A DNA stretch of 64,000 nucleotides from a virus. Its lineage: Duplodnaviria; Caudoviricetes. Of the stretch, positions 30,323-41,050 are shown one piece after another (position 1 is the first letter of the stretch; each line of letters opens with the position of its first letter). The notes beneath the pieces are model-generated. The model was not told the DNA's origin. It saw only the letters and a program-made list of their open reading frames with translations, and ran no database searches. The translations under genes were made by a program, and so were the position numbers. The stretch lies in IMG/VR virus record IMGVR_UViG_2859564202_000001; one strand, 5' to 3'.

Positions 30323-30545
30323 CCCTCTACACCACTTTCTGAATTAGAAATCCTCTATTCTCCCTCATACTATAGGGACAGGGTGTCTCAATATCATTGT
30401 GGTATCGAACTGACCTCTTTTCAGAAACGTCTGTTGACCCGTCTTTTTTGTACTGCACAAGAAAGCACCGCCTCGACACTCCAACTCGAAGTCAGTGCTT
30501 TTCTACCATTAAAAGTGATAAGGCCCTTGAAAGGCATGATCGTCC

Positions 30546-30713
30546 ATCAAGCAATATCCGAAGCCCTCTCAGTAATCAGTCTGGGAAGCTCCTAGACGAC
30601 TCGTAACGACCAAAAAGCACCGAGAACAGATGCAACTCAATCTCATTTACATCTGTTCTCGGCGCACTCATTTCCATAGCCCCACTCGTAGCTTCCCAAA
30701 TCCGGAATCAGAT
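30546..30713. repeat. ~167-bp direct repeat copy 2 (orphan 3' end of the 24499 gene plus hairpin)
   Basis: Highly similar to 24827-24993. Confidence 0.9.
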
Positions 30714-30931
30714 TTCAGCAACCCCACGACGAAGAATAACCGACACACCTGCGTAAACGGTCATCTGGAATACTGCCCTTTAGAGATGCCACTGCATGTC
30801 ACTCCACTACGGCAAGATAGTGGAGTGACATGCAGTGGTTTTTAGCTGAGATTTCCACGTGCGGGATCGAAAGTGCCTTTGGCTCCACGGAGAAGGCGCC
30901 CGGCCACACGGTAGACTATTGCATCACTTAA

Positions 30932-31876
30932 TTAGTTTTCATGCCCCTGCAGAAAAGTGCCACGGTTGTCATGATTGACGACAAACTTAATTAATGGTCC
31001 TCGTTGCGCAGCAATAACGGACAGGTGGTGAAGAGTAAGAACTAAATCTTGAAGCTTTGGATCGCTCTCAAGTTCTTTGATATTCAATCCCAGCTCAAGT
31101 GCTTTACTGACCGAAATGTGTCGATTATGCGCAAGAGTAACGGAATGATCAGCGAGCTCTTTGATAGCGCGAGTGGCTTTTTCTTCTTTGTCAGGCTCGT
31201 CTAAAAACATACCCTTTTCAAGCCACTGCTTAACCATCGAGTTGGACCACTGAATAGCTTTTTTAGCTTCACCCAACATCGTGGGGTTGTATTTATTCAA
31301 GATCACCTGCCATATATGAGCAGTCTGCGGATTCTCAGAGACCTCTTTCTTCGCTTGCTCAAATTCTTCCAATAACCCGTGTGCCGGTAGGCCGTTAAAC
31401 TGAGGATCAATGGGGCCAAGACTAGAATGCTTCCCCATAACAATCTCTTTGGACGAAAGTGCGATCATTGTTCCTGCTGACATTGCGAGTTGGGGGACAA
31501 TGACTCTGAAATCTTGACCAAAGAGTGCGTGAATGTAATCTACTAACGACTCTGTCGCAGCAACATCTCCACCCGGAGTGTGGAGGATAAGATCGAGACC
31601 TTTACTCTGATCCAACTTATGGAGCGCAGTCATAAAACTGTTTTTATCAGTATCATTTACCGAAAAATCCGTAGATTGCCCGGAAAATCGTCGACCATTT
31701 TCTAACCACGCTGAATAATAGACGATTACATTTCGACCAGTATGTTCAAACAGTGCTTGTAGCGCTTCTCTACGTTTATCGCTTACTGCGTCAACATCAT
31801 TTATTTGTCTAATCTTGTACTGATTATCTTGGTAAATCTTAGAAATTTCATCAGTAATCTCTGCCCAGTTCCCCAT
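30932..31876 (-). CDS. SDH/ClpP-crotonase-like serine protease
   Basis: LDLILHTPGG, AMSAGTMIAL (catalytic Ser), SLGPIDPQ, H..HI motifs. Confidence 0.9.
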   Translation of the reverse strand: MGNWAEITDEISKIYQDNQYKIRQINDVDAVSDKRREALQALFEHTGRNVIVYYSAWLENGRRFSGQSTDFSVNDTDKNSFMTALHKLDQSKGLDLILHTPGGDVAATESLVDYIHALFGQDFRVIVPQLAMSAGTMIALSSKEIVMGKHSSLGPIDPQFNGLPAHGLLEEFEQAKKEVSENPQTAHIWQVILNKYNPTMLGEAKKAIQWSNSMVKQWLEKGMFLDEPDKEEKATRAIKELADHSVTLAHNRHISVSKALELGLNIKELESDPKLQDLVLTLHHLSVIAAQRGPLIKFVVNHDNRGTFLQGHEN

Positions 31877-31880
31877 GTAG

Positions 31881-32141
31881 CTATCCTCTACTCGACCACA
31901 CTAACGTGGCTGGTCGCTGTTGCTCAAAAAAATCTAAGAAACTTAAGTCACTGGGTAATACTTCTACCGACTCAGATTCCAAATAGCGATAAAAGTCCTC
32001 TGCCGATTCAACGAATTCAGACGAAGAAGTCATGTTTCTACTCCCTACAGTAAGCATTAAACTATCATAAACCCTAAATTTAAATTTAGACTCAAATTCA
32101 ATATAATCAATGAACCAACTATATAAAGACAAGTCGTACAC
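31881..32141 (-). CDS. Small acidic protein immediately upstream of the protease (start may be internal, MTSSSEF)
   Basis: Stop lies 4 bp before the protease start. Confidence 0.4.
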   Translation of the reverse strand: MYDLSLYSWFIDYIEFESKFKFRVYDSLMLTVGSRNMTSSSEFVESAEDFYRYLESESVEVLPSDLSFLDFFEQQRPATLVWSSRG

Positions 32142-32189
32142 GGATCATCTTTTATTTCAGTTCAGGAGACTGTCTCTAGAACCCTACTG

Positions 32190-32816
32190 TTGCGTGGGAA
32201 GCAGCGGGTCACCCTACTCCCACCAACAAAGACCCGGTGTGCTGGAATGGACAGTGTGAAAACGTTCCATGTCTCACCTCTTCAGTGCACAGTATTGCTT
32301 ATTGCTCCATTTCTCGCGGTAACACTAACCGCATGCGCCGATAGCGCTGAGCACCCTGTATCCCAAGATCTACCAAGCATCATCACAAGCACGGTCACTA
32401 CGACAGTGTCCCCTGAGCAGAATCTCGACGTCAATAACGACCAAAGCAGTGTCAACGACAATGACAATCAGAACCTACACGTCACGTCAGAGGGCGCCGG
32501 TGTACTCTTCTTGCGGTTAGACAACAACGTACCTTCCACAGATGCTGCTAACACAACGATTGAGGGAAAACTGATCTCCGGCCCTGGCGGTTGTCTTTCT
32601 GTTCAACCAGGTGGTCGACCAGAACTACTCATTTTTAACACCGACACCCGATTTAGTGACCATCCACCACAGGTAACCTTGGGTGAGAAAACAATCAAAA
32701 TCGGAGAGCGATTTTCCTTAAACGCAATCGAAGTATCTTCTACGGACCTTACCGGAATCCCTGATAAATGCTCTAACGGTGCCGCCGACAGGGCTTGGAT
32801 TGTCGGTACGAAGTAA
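32190..32816 (+). CDS. Lipoprotein
   Basis: LTAC lipobox, Thr/Asn-rich linker, Cys-containing domain. True start probably internal. Confidence 0.65.
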   Translation: MRGKQRVTLLPPTKTRCAGMDSVKTFHVSPLQCTVLLIAPFLAVTLTACADSAEHPVSQDLPSIITSTVTTTVSPEQNLDVNNDQSSVNDNDNQNLHVTSEGAGVLFLRLDNNVPSTDAANTTIEGKLISGPGGCLSVQPGGRPELLIFNTDTRFSDHPPQVTLGEKTIKIGERFSLNAIEVSSTDLTGIPDKCSNGAADRAWIVGTK

Positions 32817-33165
32817 AACAACAGCGCATTACCACTAATGCCTCAACGCGAAAAGCTCCTTGATGTTTTGTGGGAGAGAATGCCTGGATGCCTAGAGAAA
32901 ATCACTCAGCCTCACCTCTCCGGCATTCTTGTGGACAGCTAACCGGGTAGTCCCACATCATCTCTAGAAAAAGTCATCGAACTGCGTGATGTAGTACACT
33001 ATCGCTCGTATACACCATTCACCATCACGTAACCAAATTCTTGCAGTACTAAGAAACCACTATTCTTGCTTCGCACTTGAAACACGAAAGAATACGTAGT
33101 ATTAATTAAGTTTTTCAAGAGCTGATAACACTAATCTTCAATGAAAGCACTTAAAGGGGAGAATC

Positions 33166-33378
33166 ATGGGGTACCTGGGAATTGATAGAGACAACGAAGA
33201 ACACAACATCCACATTTGTACCACTGCAGATGCACTCTATGAAGCACAGGTATCGGTTTACGAGATCCATAGAGTTTTAGCAAAATTTTGGAATTTGACA
33301 TGCCATCAAATTGAAGAAATCCTCGACATTGTCGATGAAGCGCGGCGAGATCGTAGAGCGCTAGGAGTCGATATCTAA
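33166..33378 (+). CDS. Small hypothetical protein
   Basis: AAAGGGGAGA RBS upstream. Confidence 0.55.
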   Translation: MGYLGIDRDNEEHNIHICTTADALYEAQVSVYEIHRVLAKFWNLTCHQIEEILDIVDEARRDRRALGVDI

Positions 33379-33446
33379 CTTCGCCGAAAGTTGATGCATC
33401 TTGGTGGCATGACTCACTGAGCTCACGGTGTTAAAGAGCAGGAAAA

Positions 33447-33983
33447 CTAGCCCATTGCATCGTCTGCATCGTCTGCATCGTCTGCACCGTCCGGCAAAAA
33501 ATAGAATTCTGCTTCTAGCTCTTTCCGTAATTCGGACGGATCTTTTCCAGCGATGGCGGTACTACAGAAAACAGATAGATCATCTGTGTCGTTAGACTCA
33601 TTAACCTGGGTGCATGTGAAATTGAGATCCACTAAAACACCATCAGCATCGCTGAGGGAAACCCCTCGATCCTGGACAAGGTATCTGCGCGCTTGAGACA
33701 TACCTTGACGTATTTCTCCATGTTCAAAGCGCACGCGATATAACTCTTGTTGAGTCAACCCGTAAGCCAACTCGTATAGTGCCATTCGTTCTGGGTCTAT
33801 ATCAGGTGACTCACGTAGTGGGCTAGGTGTCAACGTTGTCCATTGCACATCAGATTCGTCGTCGTTCAAGGGTGAAACACTGTTTGGGGCATCGGAGGAA
33901 GCGCAACTCGCAACGCCCCACATTGACACGCTAACGGATAGAACCAACCAGGGCATCATCCTCATATCACTAAGCATTGACAC
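33447..33983 (-). CDS. Putative lipoprotein
   Basis: VASC lipobox, C-terminal (ADD)n from a 9-bp tandem repeat. Confidence 0.6.
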   Translation of the reverse strand: MSMLSDMRMMPWLVLSVSVSMWGVASCASSDAPNSVSPLNDDESDVQWTTLTPSPLRESPDIDPERMALYELAYGLTQQELYRVRFEHGEIRQGMSQARRYLVQDRGVSLSDADGVLVDLNFTCTQVNESNDTDDLSVFCSTAIAGKDPSELRKELEAEFYFLPDGADDADDADDAMG

Positions 33984-34491
33984 AATGCACTGCCCTACCT
34001 CTCCTGATTTTTGACTACACCGCGGACAGCTATGAGCGCGTGATCCGCTCTAAAAATAGCCACACAGTTTAAGTTGATGAGCACCTGAAAATCAGCTCAG
34101 TCCACTACTTACATCAGTGAATACTTCTTTGATGTTACGTCACTAAAAAATGCTTGATGCGAATATCAAGAGAATATGACAGGCTTCATACACGCCCCAC
34201 TAGTGTTATACCCATGGCTAATTCTGACTGCAGTGACTTATCTACGTTTACCACTCCGCAACACAGATTAAAGCACTCGATATTGAGAGCTTTTACAGCT
34301 GACCATGCGCTGTCGTTCTTTCAGTGGCACAACCCGACCTAAGTTCAATGTTTCATTTTACCGAGACACATGACGTCATTATCTAACTCTCAACCACCCT
34401 TACTTAGCGGGTATCATGTCTGCGTTGTCCAATCAGGCTATGACTTTTTCTTGGCGCTGCACATCAACAAACCCACCGCCAACCACGTCGC

Positions 34492-35041
34492 CTACCGCTT
34501 CGCCAGGTGTTTCTTCTCCACCGCAGCAAGACCTTCTTCCACAGTCTGCGGACCCTTCTTCGCAGCTAACTCTTTCGCCTCTACTGCAGCAAGCTCCTCT
34601 TTCTTGCGGGTAGATTTTTCTCCCAACCTTTCTTCCCGGTGCTCTGCCCGCGCCTGCATCGCCACCACATCCAAATCAGCAGTACCTGTGGTCACAGTGC
34701 CACCGCCGTAATGACTGTCTCGTTTAAAACGCTTCTTACCACGTTGTGCTTCTGTTGCTCGGCGTTTCTTCATATACGGATTCACACCGAGGGCAAGATT
34801 CGTTTCAAAAACTACGTTGGTAGCACCGCGGCGAAGATAACTTGCACCGGAATTATGCGTGGTTACAAGACGTGCCAAATCCATGGGAATCGTGCTGTTC
34901 AGTAGCTGTTGGTACACACCGACCGCGTCAGCATCCATAGGGCCAAGAATGGTGTACGACGCACGCGGAAACATATTAAAACCATCTGTATTAAGCATCC
35001 CATCGGCAGATCCGTACAGATAAGCCACTCGCCCACCGCGT
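34492..35041 (-). pseudogene. Duplicated 3' fragment of the VirB4-like gene
   Basis: Protein and DNA match the C-terminal ~180 aa of 46278-48710 (RGGRVAYLY...LAKR). Similarity stops abruptly near 35041. Confidence 0.9.
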
Positions 35042-36102
35042 TATCTGATGCGGAAAACAATGCTGAACTCACCACTGCACAGATTCTGCACATTGACCCC
35101 GTCACCGGTGTGGCCATCCCACGTCAAAACATTCTGCTGGGTGAGGATTTTCAGACTATGGCCAGCTCTTTTAGTCAAATCCGCCATGGATGGGGTATCA
35201 CCCAGCTCATCGGACAAGACCCCAACAGAAACCAACCAATCCGCTCTGCTGATACGTGGACAGTGACTGGATCGACTGGACTCACCGGCTTTAATACTGC
35301 TACGCATAATACAGATGACACAGACGCCACTGCCGCATATACCATGCCGGCAAGCGATCCTGCCGTAGGACTATGCGCACTGGAATCCAACAAAGACGCA
35401 CCGGTGGATGAATTTCGCGATCTCAGCCTCAGTGCTTTACGTACCGCTACGGTCATGTCAAGCTCTGGCTCCGCCGTGATTACTATGCATGATCCTATGG
35501 TCATGAGCACCACTGGCGCATTGGAAGCACGTGCATACGTTGACGGCGAAGTCATCAACCAGCACGATCTTGACTCACTGCGTGACCAGCTAGGTATTAC
35601 TACAGACAGCGCAGATACCACCCCTGCCCTACCTGCTGATCCCTTGGCAGCATTGGGCTTGAGCACACCAACTACATCAGCTCTTGTCCCAGGTCTTGCC
35701 GAGCTGGACTGCCTCAACACTGATCAAGCTCGCACCTGGCATGACCGTGACAACAGCATTGGCACTGGTAAACCAGCTATTCTTGCCGTGATTAACGCCG
35801 AGCTCGCTGATGATTACACCCTGCAGATCCTCAAAAATAGCACTGCGACCCCCACCGACTCCACCGACTCCAGCGATACTGCTGAACGCTTCGTAGCGCA
35901 GCTACCTGCGGAAACAGCCTTTGTGCTTATTGATCCGGACATCGGCGCTGTGACCGATCTGTTCTTTATCAACAGCATAAATCAGGATCTCCCCGCACCG
36001 ACAACCCAGATCAACTCAGTAGCGGTAGATCAACGTGACCCCAACATCATCTACGCGACCTTTGCCAATGATGACCGCGTGTACCAGCTCATGCTGGGTT
36101 AA
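34909..36102 (+). CDS. Hypothetical protein, probably 5'-truncated at the duplication junction
   Basis: Long ORF whose first ~45 codons are antisense of the virB4 fragment. Confidence 0.55.
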   Translation: MVHTDRVSIHRAKNGVRRTRKHIKTICIKHPIGRSVQISHSPTALSDAENNAELTTAQILHIDPVTGVAIPRQNILLGEDFQTMASSFSQIRHGWGITQLIGQDPNRNQPIRSADTWTVTGSTGLTGFNTATHNTDDTDATAAYTMPASDPAVGLCALESNKDAPVDEFRDLSLSALRTATVMSSSGSAVITMHDPMVMSTTGALEARAYVDGEVINQHDLDSLRDQLGITTDSADTTPALPADPLAALGLSTPTTSALVPGLAELDCLNTDQARTWHDRDNSIGTGKPAILAVINAELADDYTLQILKNSTATPTDSTDSSDTAERFVAQLPAETAFVLIDPDIGAVTDLFFINSINQDLPAPTTQINSVAVDQRDPNIIYATFANDDRVYQLMLG

Positions 36103-36220
36103 CCGCGACCCGTTTTTATCTGTGCTGATCCGCGCCGTGCCAACTCGCACTGGGTCGCACTGGGTCGCACAACCGCATACACATACACACAATTAATCAC
36201 CCTCAACACGAAGATTTATC

Positions 36221-36811
36221 ATGACATTTTTGCACCGTTCCGCCAGTTTCCACCCTCGTACCCACGATCACCTCAGCGAGCTCGGTCTTGATCCTTATAA
36301 GCTCTCTCAAGACATCCCCACTGTTATTTATGAAGTCCAGCCGCACAGTGTGTTCATTTTAAAATTCAACACTGCCGATGTTCGGGTCTATCAGGAACAC
36401 TCCGATCTCTTTGTGCGACATGCTGTGCTTGTTGATCCAGAACAGCGTAAACATGAGCATGACCAGCTCCTTAAAGAGATTCTCGACCTCGATGCCCCTC
36501 GTGTCAACGATGATATTAGTGGTCGCACGACAGTGTTTCTCCACGATAAAACAGTTGTTACGCACAGTGGTGGCCCCATTGCGATTATTCCGCACAATCC
36601 CGATGTCGCCAGCGCCGCTGCGTCAGCTAATAAACACAAACAATCTGTGATGACAACATCCAGGCATCCTTATGCGCAGATGTCTCTCAGCGACATGCTG
36701 AAACAAGGCTTCACGCTCACACCTCTAGAGTTCCCCTACTGCGCTGTTGATGACCCCGACAGCTCACGCCACACAATGCACGTCATCAACGTTCGAGATC
36801 ATACAGTGTGA
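36221..36811 (+). CDS. Hypothetical protein
   Basis: 196 aa ORF. Confidence 0.65.
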   Translation: MTFLHRSASFHPRTHDHLSELGLDPYKLSQDIPTVIYEVQPHSVFILKFNTADVRVYQEHSDLFVRHAVLVDPEQRKHEHDQLLKEILDLDAPRVNDDISGRTTVFLHDKTVVTHSGGPIAIIPHNPDVASAAASANKHKQSVMTTSRHPYAQMSLSDMLKQGFTLTPLEFPYCAVDDPDSSRHTMHVINVRDHTV

Positions 36812-37025
36812 ACTACCGCGCCGCTAGAGATGGTGCAGCTGTGTTTATAAATAAAAGCGTAATAGTTGTAAACCAGTGACAAATAATTTATGTTTCTCCA
36901 CTAATCAGTGACAATGGTCCTCCCCGTATTGCTGGCACTGGTTCTTCCACACTGATTGGGGACCTGACCCCCGGATGGTGGACACCTTGAAACAAGCATG
37001 ATGCTGGGAAAGGTAATCTGCCACC

Positions 37026-37322
37026 ATGCCACGCAAGACCTACACAGAGGAGTTCAAGCGCGACGCTGTCGCGCTCTACGAGAACTCCGCCGGCACCTCG
37101 ATCCAGAAGATCGCCAATGATCTCGGAATCAACCGAATGACCCTTAAAAACTGGATTACTAAATACGGGGCCAACTCAACTCCACATGGCGCTAACACGG
37201 CCACCGCGCTGTCCGAAGCTGAACGGATCCGCCAACTTGAAAAGGAAAATGCACTCCTCCGCGAAGAGCGTGACATCCTGCGGAAAGCGGCCAAATATTT
37301 CGCGGAAGAGACGAACTGGTGA
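37026..37322 (+). CDS. tnpA: IS3 transposase OrfA
   Basis: YTEEFKRDAV HTH plus leucine-zipper ERDILRKAAKYF. Confidence 0.95.
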   Translation: MPRKTYTEEFKRDAVALYENSAGTSIQKIANDLGINRMTLKNWITKYGANSTPHGANTATALSEAERIRQLEKENALLREERDILRKAAKYFAEETNW

Positions 37323-38215
37323 TCCGCTTCCGATTCGTTGATGACGCTCGAAAGACCTACTCGGTTAAGCGGATATGTGACGTGTTGAAGCTCAATCGTT
37401 CCTCATATTACAAATGGAAAAGCACCGCCTTCACGCGTGAAAAACGCCTGCTCAGCGACGCTATTCTTGGGGTCCAGGTCAAGACTGTATTCACCACTCA
37501 CAGTGGCTGTTATGGGGCCAAACGAATCGCGGCTGAACTCAAAGACCAGATCGGCCATGACCTTGCGAACCACAAGCGGGTTGCCCGGATCATGCGATCG
37601 TTGAAGCTGTTCGGATACACAAAGAAACGCAAGGTCACCACCACCGTGCCGGACAAAACCAAGACAGTGTTCCCTGACCTTGTCGGCCGGAAGTTCACCG
37701 CTGACAAGCCGAACCAGCTCTATGTCGGGGATATCACCTATCTGCCAATTCAGGATGGGTCGAATATGTACCTGGCCACGGTCATTGACTGTTACTCCCG
37801 CAGGTTGGTGGGCTTTTCTATCGCAGATCACATGCGCACGAGCTTGGTCCAGGACGCGCTGCTCATGGCTAAAGACCAGCGTGGAAACCTCAAAGGTGCG
37901 ATTTTTCACTCCGACCACGGCAGCGTTTACACGTCTCATGCGTTTCAGGAGACGTGTAAGAAACTAGGGATCAGGCAGTCGATGGGATCAATTGGCACCA
38001 GTGCTGACAACGCTTTGGCGGAGTCTTTCAATGCCGCGATGAAGCGGGAAGTCCTGCAGGATTCCAAGACCTTTGAAAATCAATTGTGCTGTCGCCGGGA
38101 CGTCTTCCGCTGGTGTACCCGTTACAACACGGTTCGCCGGCATTCCTGGTGTAGATATCTGGCTCCGGTCGTGTTTGAGGAGCGCGGTCCTGCTATCCTG
38201 AGATCTGCTTCCTGA
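37319..38215 (+). CDS. tnpB: IS3 transposase OrfB (DDE integrase core)
   Basis: GDITY, HSDHGS, DNALAESF motifs. GTGA overlap with orfA. Confidence 0.95.
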   Translation: MIRFRFVDDARKTYSVKRICDVLKLNRSSYYKWKSTAFTREKRLLSDAILGVQVKTVFTTHSGCYGAKRIAAELKDQIGHDLANHKRVARIMRSLKLFGYTKKRKVTTTVPDKTKTVFPDLVGRKFTADKPNQLYVGDITYLPIQDGSNMYLATVIDCYSRRLVGFSIADHMRTSLVQDALLMAKDQRGNLKGAIFHSDHGSVYTSHAFQETCKKLGIRQSMGSIGTSADNALAESFNAAMKREVLQDSKTFENQLCCRRDVFRWCTRYNTVRRHSWCRYLAPVVFEERGPAILRSAS

Positions 38216-38366
38216 TCAAATCCTCCGTGTCCACCATCCGGGGGTCGGACCCTGGTTTATCGTCAGAAGCCTTATTCTCCTCTTAACTACCATGAGGTAA
38301 CCATCTAAAGTAGATGGTTGCAACAACTTTTCATTACATCAACATGTTTAAAAAAGGACACTGATT

Positions 38367-38813
38367 ATGACTTACTTCGCACTCGTTGCTCGCAATTACG
38401 CTGAGACAGGTGTCTCTGTTGAATTCCATGAGGTCGATGATGACGCAGATAACTCAAATGGCCCCAACAACACAAGCAATTTACCTCTAAAACTTCTTCG
38501 AGATCACTCTTTTGATGCCACTGTTGTCTATGGTGACCTGGTGCTTCACACCTCAGCACATCTCAGAGATACGGCTATCGCCAACTCAGACAACCGTCCG
38601 CGAGTAGTGACCACAGCTCAAAAATTCTTTGATTACATCCGCTTAGCCACCAGACACGGTGCTATCCACGACATGATCAATAACGCGCCAGATACCGGCA
38701 CTGACATCGTTGTTATTACGGCCACTAATGATGCTCTTATTAGTGATGAATCAGAATACTATGACGAGCTTTTTCATATTCTCGAATCCGCACAGGGTGT
38801 GATTCTTAAATGA
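38367..38813 (+). CDS. Hypothetical protein
   Basis: AAAGGA RBS, 148 aa. Confidence 0.65.
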   Translation: MTYFALVARNYAETGVSVEFHEVDDDADNSNGPNNTSNLPLKLLRDHSFDATVVYGDLVLHTSAHLRDTAIANSDNRPRVVTTAQKFFDYIRLATRHGAIHDMINNAPDTGTDIVVITATNDALISDESEYYDELFHILESAQGVILK

Positions 38814-38988
38814 TTGATTAATTGATATGATTAACACTGAATCCCGAGCTATGCATGTTTACTAAAAAACTCCAAATTTCGGAATGAGCGCCAAGAATCA
38901 CGTCCTTGACCGTTTAAGTCGTTAACCTTGTCCAGCCAACTAGAATGGCTAAACAAGGTTAACAACAGTGTTTCAAACTAAAAAACGA

Positions 38989-39744
38989 TTAGTAGTAGAC
39001 GTTAAGCACCACTGAATTCGGAAATGATCTAGCGACAACGCGGTGAGTTCCTGCAGAAGAACTAATTGGTCCCACCCATGGAATATTTGGAAAAGCAACA
39101 AGGTTAACATCACCATAGAAGGCCGCAAGACCACCCTCTATACCTCCACGTGGATTGCTTGTCGTCACTGCCAATCCTGGAGCACTGTTATACTTTACGT
39201 AACTGCGAGGATTGCTGACAGAAGTAGCGATTCCTACATTGGAGTAGTAGGTTCCACCAGTACAAACCTTTAGGACTTCAATTCCGTAGAGAGTATTCGT
39301 TAAACACCCCTCAATATAATCAGAACCCTGCCAGGCTGCTGGAGAAATGACATTTGGATCTTCGTCGCCTACGTTGTCCGTCTGAACCACTTCAACATTA
39401 TCTGGGAGAATTTCTTCTCCAGAGACCGACCTCAGCACTGCATCACTAGCTAAAAGACTCTTGAAGCCCTCTAGTTCGCTCGGAGTGAAATTGGAAATTT
39501 TTTCTGCATTAGCTATAGCCTCTGGCACTCCATTGGCCACGTCCTCTGCAGTTGTACGTTCGAATTCTGCAAATGCGAGATCTACTGCTGAGACATCTCC
39601 GGATACCTCTTCAGCAGAAGAGACAGAATTCATGAGAGTGGCAGTCGCAATAAGAGCAACAATTCCACCGGTAACTGTTTTTCGTAACATCGGGATTCCT
39701 TTCTGTTTTGCCGATGACCACATCTGACTGTATGATTGACTCAC
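38989..39744 (-). CDS. Secreted protein with Cys-containing beta-rich C-terminal domain
   Basis: Signal peptide from the internal MLRKTV start with GAAAGG RBS. Confidence 0.7.
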   Translation of the reverse strand: MSQSYSQMWSSAKQKGIPMLRKTVTGGIVALIATATLMNSVSSAEEVSGDVSAVDLAFAEFERTTAEDVANGVPEAIANAEKISNFTPSELEGFKSLLASDAVLRSVSGEEILPDNVEVVQTDNVGDEDPNVISPAAWQGSDYIEGCLTNTLYGIEVLKVCTGGTYYSNVGIATSVSNPRSYVKYNSAPGLAVTTSNPRGGIEGGLAAFYGDVNLVAFPNIPWVGPISSSAGTHRVVARSFPNSVVLNVYY

Positions 39745-39769
39745 CTTTATTTCCAGTCTTGTAATAAGA

Positions 39770-40075
39770 ATGTTACAAATGATCGAAACGTATGACCACT
39801 ACATTGTCGAAAAGCAGGGGAGTAAACCACAGGTGAATGTCGCTAACGAAATCAATACGTCAAACAATATCCCCCTTCCGGAAATGTATTCAGTTTTCCT
39901 TCTTGCTTTCGTGGTTTTAGTCATCGCAACCGCCCTGCTCACCGCGATTTTAGAGTGGCGAAACTCTCATTCTTTACCGTTAGCAACCCTATGGGGTCTC
40001 ATCAGCTGCGCCTTACCTTTTGCGGGGCCACTTTTCTGGATTGTTATAAGCTACTTTAAGAATAGAAAAAAATAA
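39770..40075 (+). CDS. Small two-TM membrane protein (PLDc_N-like)
   Basis: Two hydrophobic helices with LPFAGPLFW. Confidence 0.5.
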   Translation: MLQMIETYDHYIVEKQGSKPQVNVANEINTSNNIPLPEMYSVFLLAFVVLVIATALLTAILEWRNSHSLPLATLWGLISCALPFAGPLFWIVISYFKNRKK

Positions 40076-40354
40076 AAGAATCAAAGCGAAGTGCTATTTA
40101 CTTGATTCACCCGTTGATAAATATTTATTCATATATTGAAGTTCTCGGCATACATTCCCCATAAAGCTCATAAACTCTGTGTCGTGACCTCTCAGATTAT
40201 TATGATGAGTTTTCCCTTTTCCACGTAATTGAATTAGCACGAAGGGCGATTCCCAAATGACCAATGGGTCGGATCGCCTTTTTGCTCATGCTCAGCTCAC
40301 TGGCGTACAGCGCACAGTTACATTTCGACCAGATAGCGCACTGGATGCACTGTC

Positions 40355-40573
40355 GTGATTACTTACTTCTCAGCTATAGACATACTTTCGCTACTTATTC
40401 TCAGCGTCATTATGCTCATCTGCAGTGCGCCAGTCTTATTAGTCATCTTTCGCAGCAACAGTCCTGACGACCTCATCGCAGCACTCATCCTGACAGCGTT
40501 GTTGGGTTTTCTCGCTGTCAATTTTGTACTCCCCACACTCGCAGACATCGGCTGCACGCTGTGCGAGCTTTAA
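40355..40573 (+). CDS. Small membrane protein
   Basis: Two hydrophobic helices. Confidence 0.45.
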   Translation: MITYFSAIDILSLLILSVIMLICSAPVLLVIFRSNSPDDLIAALILTALLGFLAVNFVLPTLADIGCTLCEL

Positions 40574-40604
40574 ACCAGTACCCCAACCAGAAAGTGACTA
40601 CGAC

Positions 40605-40916
40605 ATGAGCGCAAAATCCCCTACCCCACAGCCTCCGTACGAAATACCATCATTCCGGAAAAGACGCCTAATCACTACCGGATTATTAACAATCACAACA
40701 TTGTGGTTCATCTACTTTTATGTGGATCTAGTAAGCGCCACTACGCTACTTACGCTGCCGGTGATTATCGCTGCACCATTGATCATGGTCTACATCTGGT
40801 ACCACGAATTCACATACTATGCTCGTGTCCGCAAAAACAATAAGCTTTACAAGGCTCTCTATGGGCACCTCCAAAACCATCAACATCCTGAAAATACGGA
40901 TACTCCACCCATGTAA
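40605..40916 (+). CDS. Small membrane protein
   Basis: ATG at 40605 after GAAAG, two TM helices. Confidence 0.55.
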   Translation: MSAKSPTPQPPYEIPSFRKRRLITTGLLTITTLWFIYFYVDLVSATTLLTLPVIIAAPLIMVYIWYHEFTYYARVRKNNKLYKALYGHLQNHQHPENTDTPPM

Positions 40917-40983
40917 ATAGTCACTAAGATTTAGTCACAGTGACTGTAATGGCTCAAGCCTCTACAACACCTTCAACACAAAA

Positions 40984-41017
40984 AACACCCCGGTTGAAAA
41001 CTCTTAACCGGGGTGTT
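40984..41017. terminator. Hairpin, probable terminator
   Basis: AACACCCCGGTT...AACCGGGGTGTT. Confidence 0.55.
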
Positions 41018-41050
41018 GCTCATATCTCAAAAAAGAAAGGACCAACAATC

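Larger units (their letters stand above)
36960..38252 (+). mobile_element. IS3-family insertion sequence (1293 bp, IS1206-like)
   Basis: 26-bp imperfect terminal IRs (GGACCTGACCCCCGGATGGTGGACAC / GTGTCCACCATCCGGGGGTCGGACCC), 3-bp target duplication TGG, orfA/orfB. Confidence 0.95.

Noticed and set aside
30383-30606. Short plus-strand ORFs ending ...SLGSS
   Set aside because: They arise from the duplicated gene end and have no signal peptide or convincing start.
33457-33487. 9-bp tandem repeat (and a 10-bp tandem near 36146-36170)
   Set aside because: Simple slippage repeats, in frame or intergenic, with no sign of phase variation.
40940-41050. N-terminal extension of the 295-aa ORF
   Set aside because: It runs through a terminator-like hairpin, and a better RBS and ATG exist at 41051.
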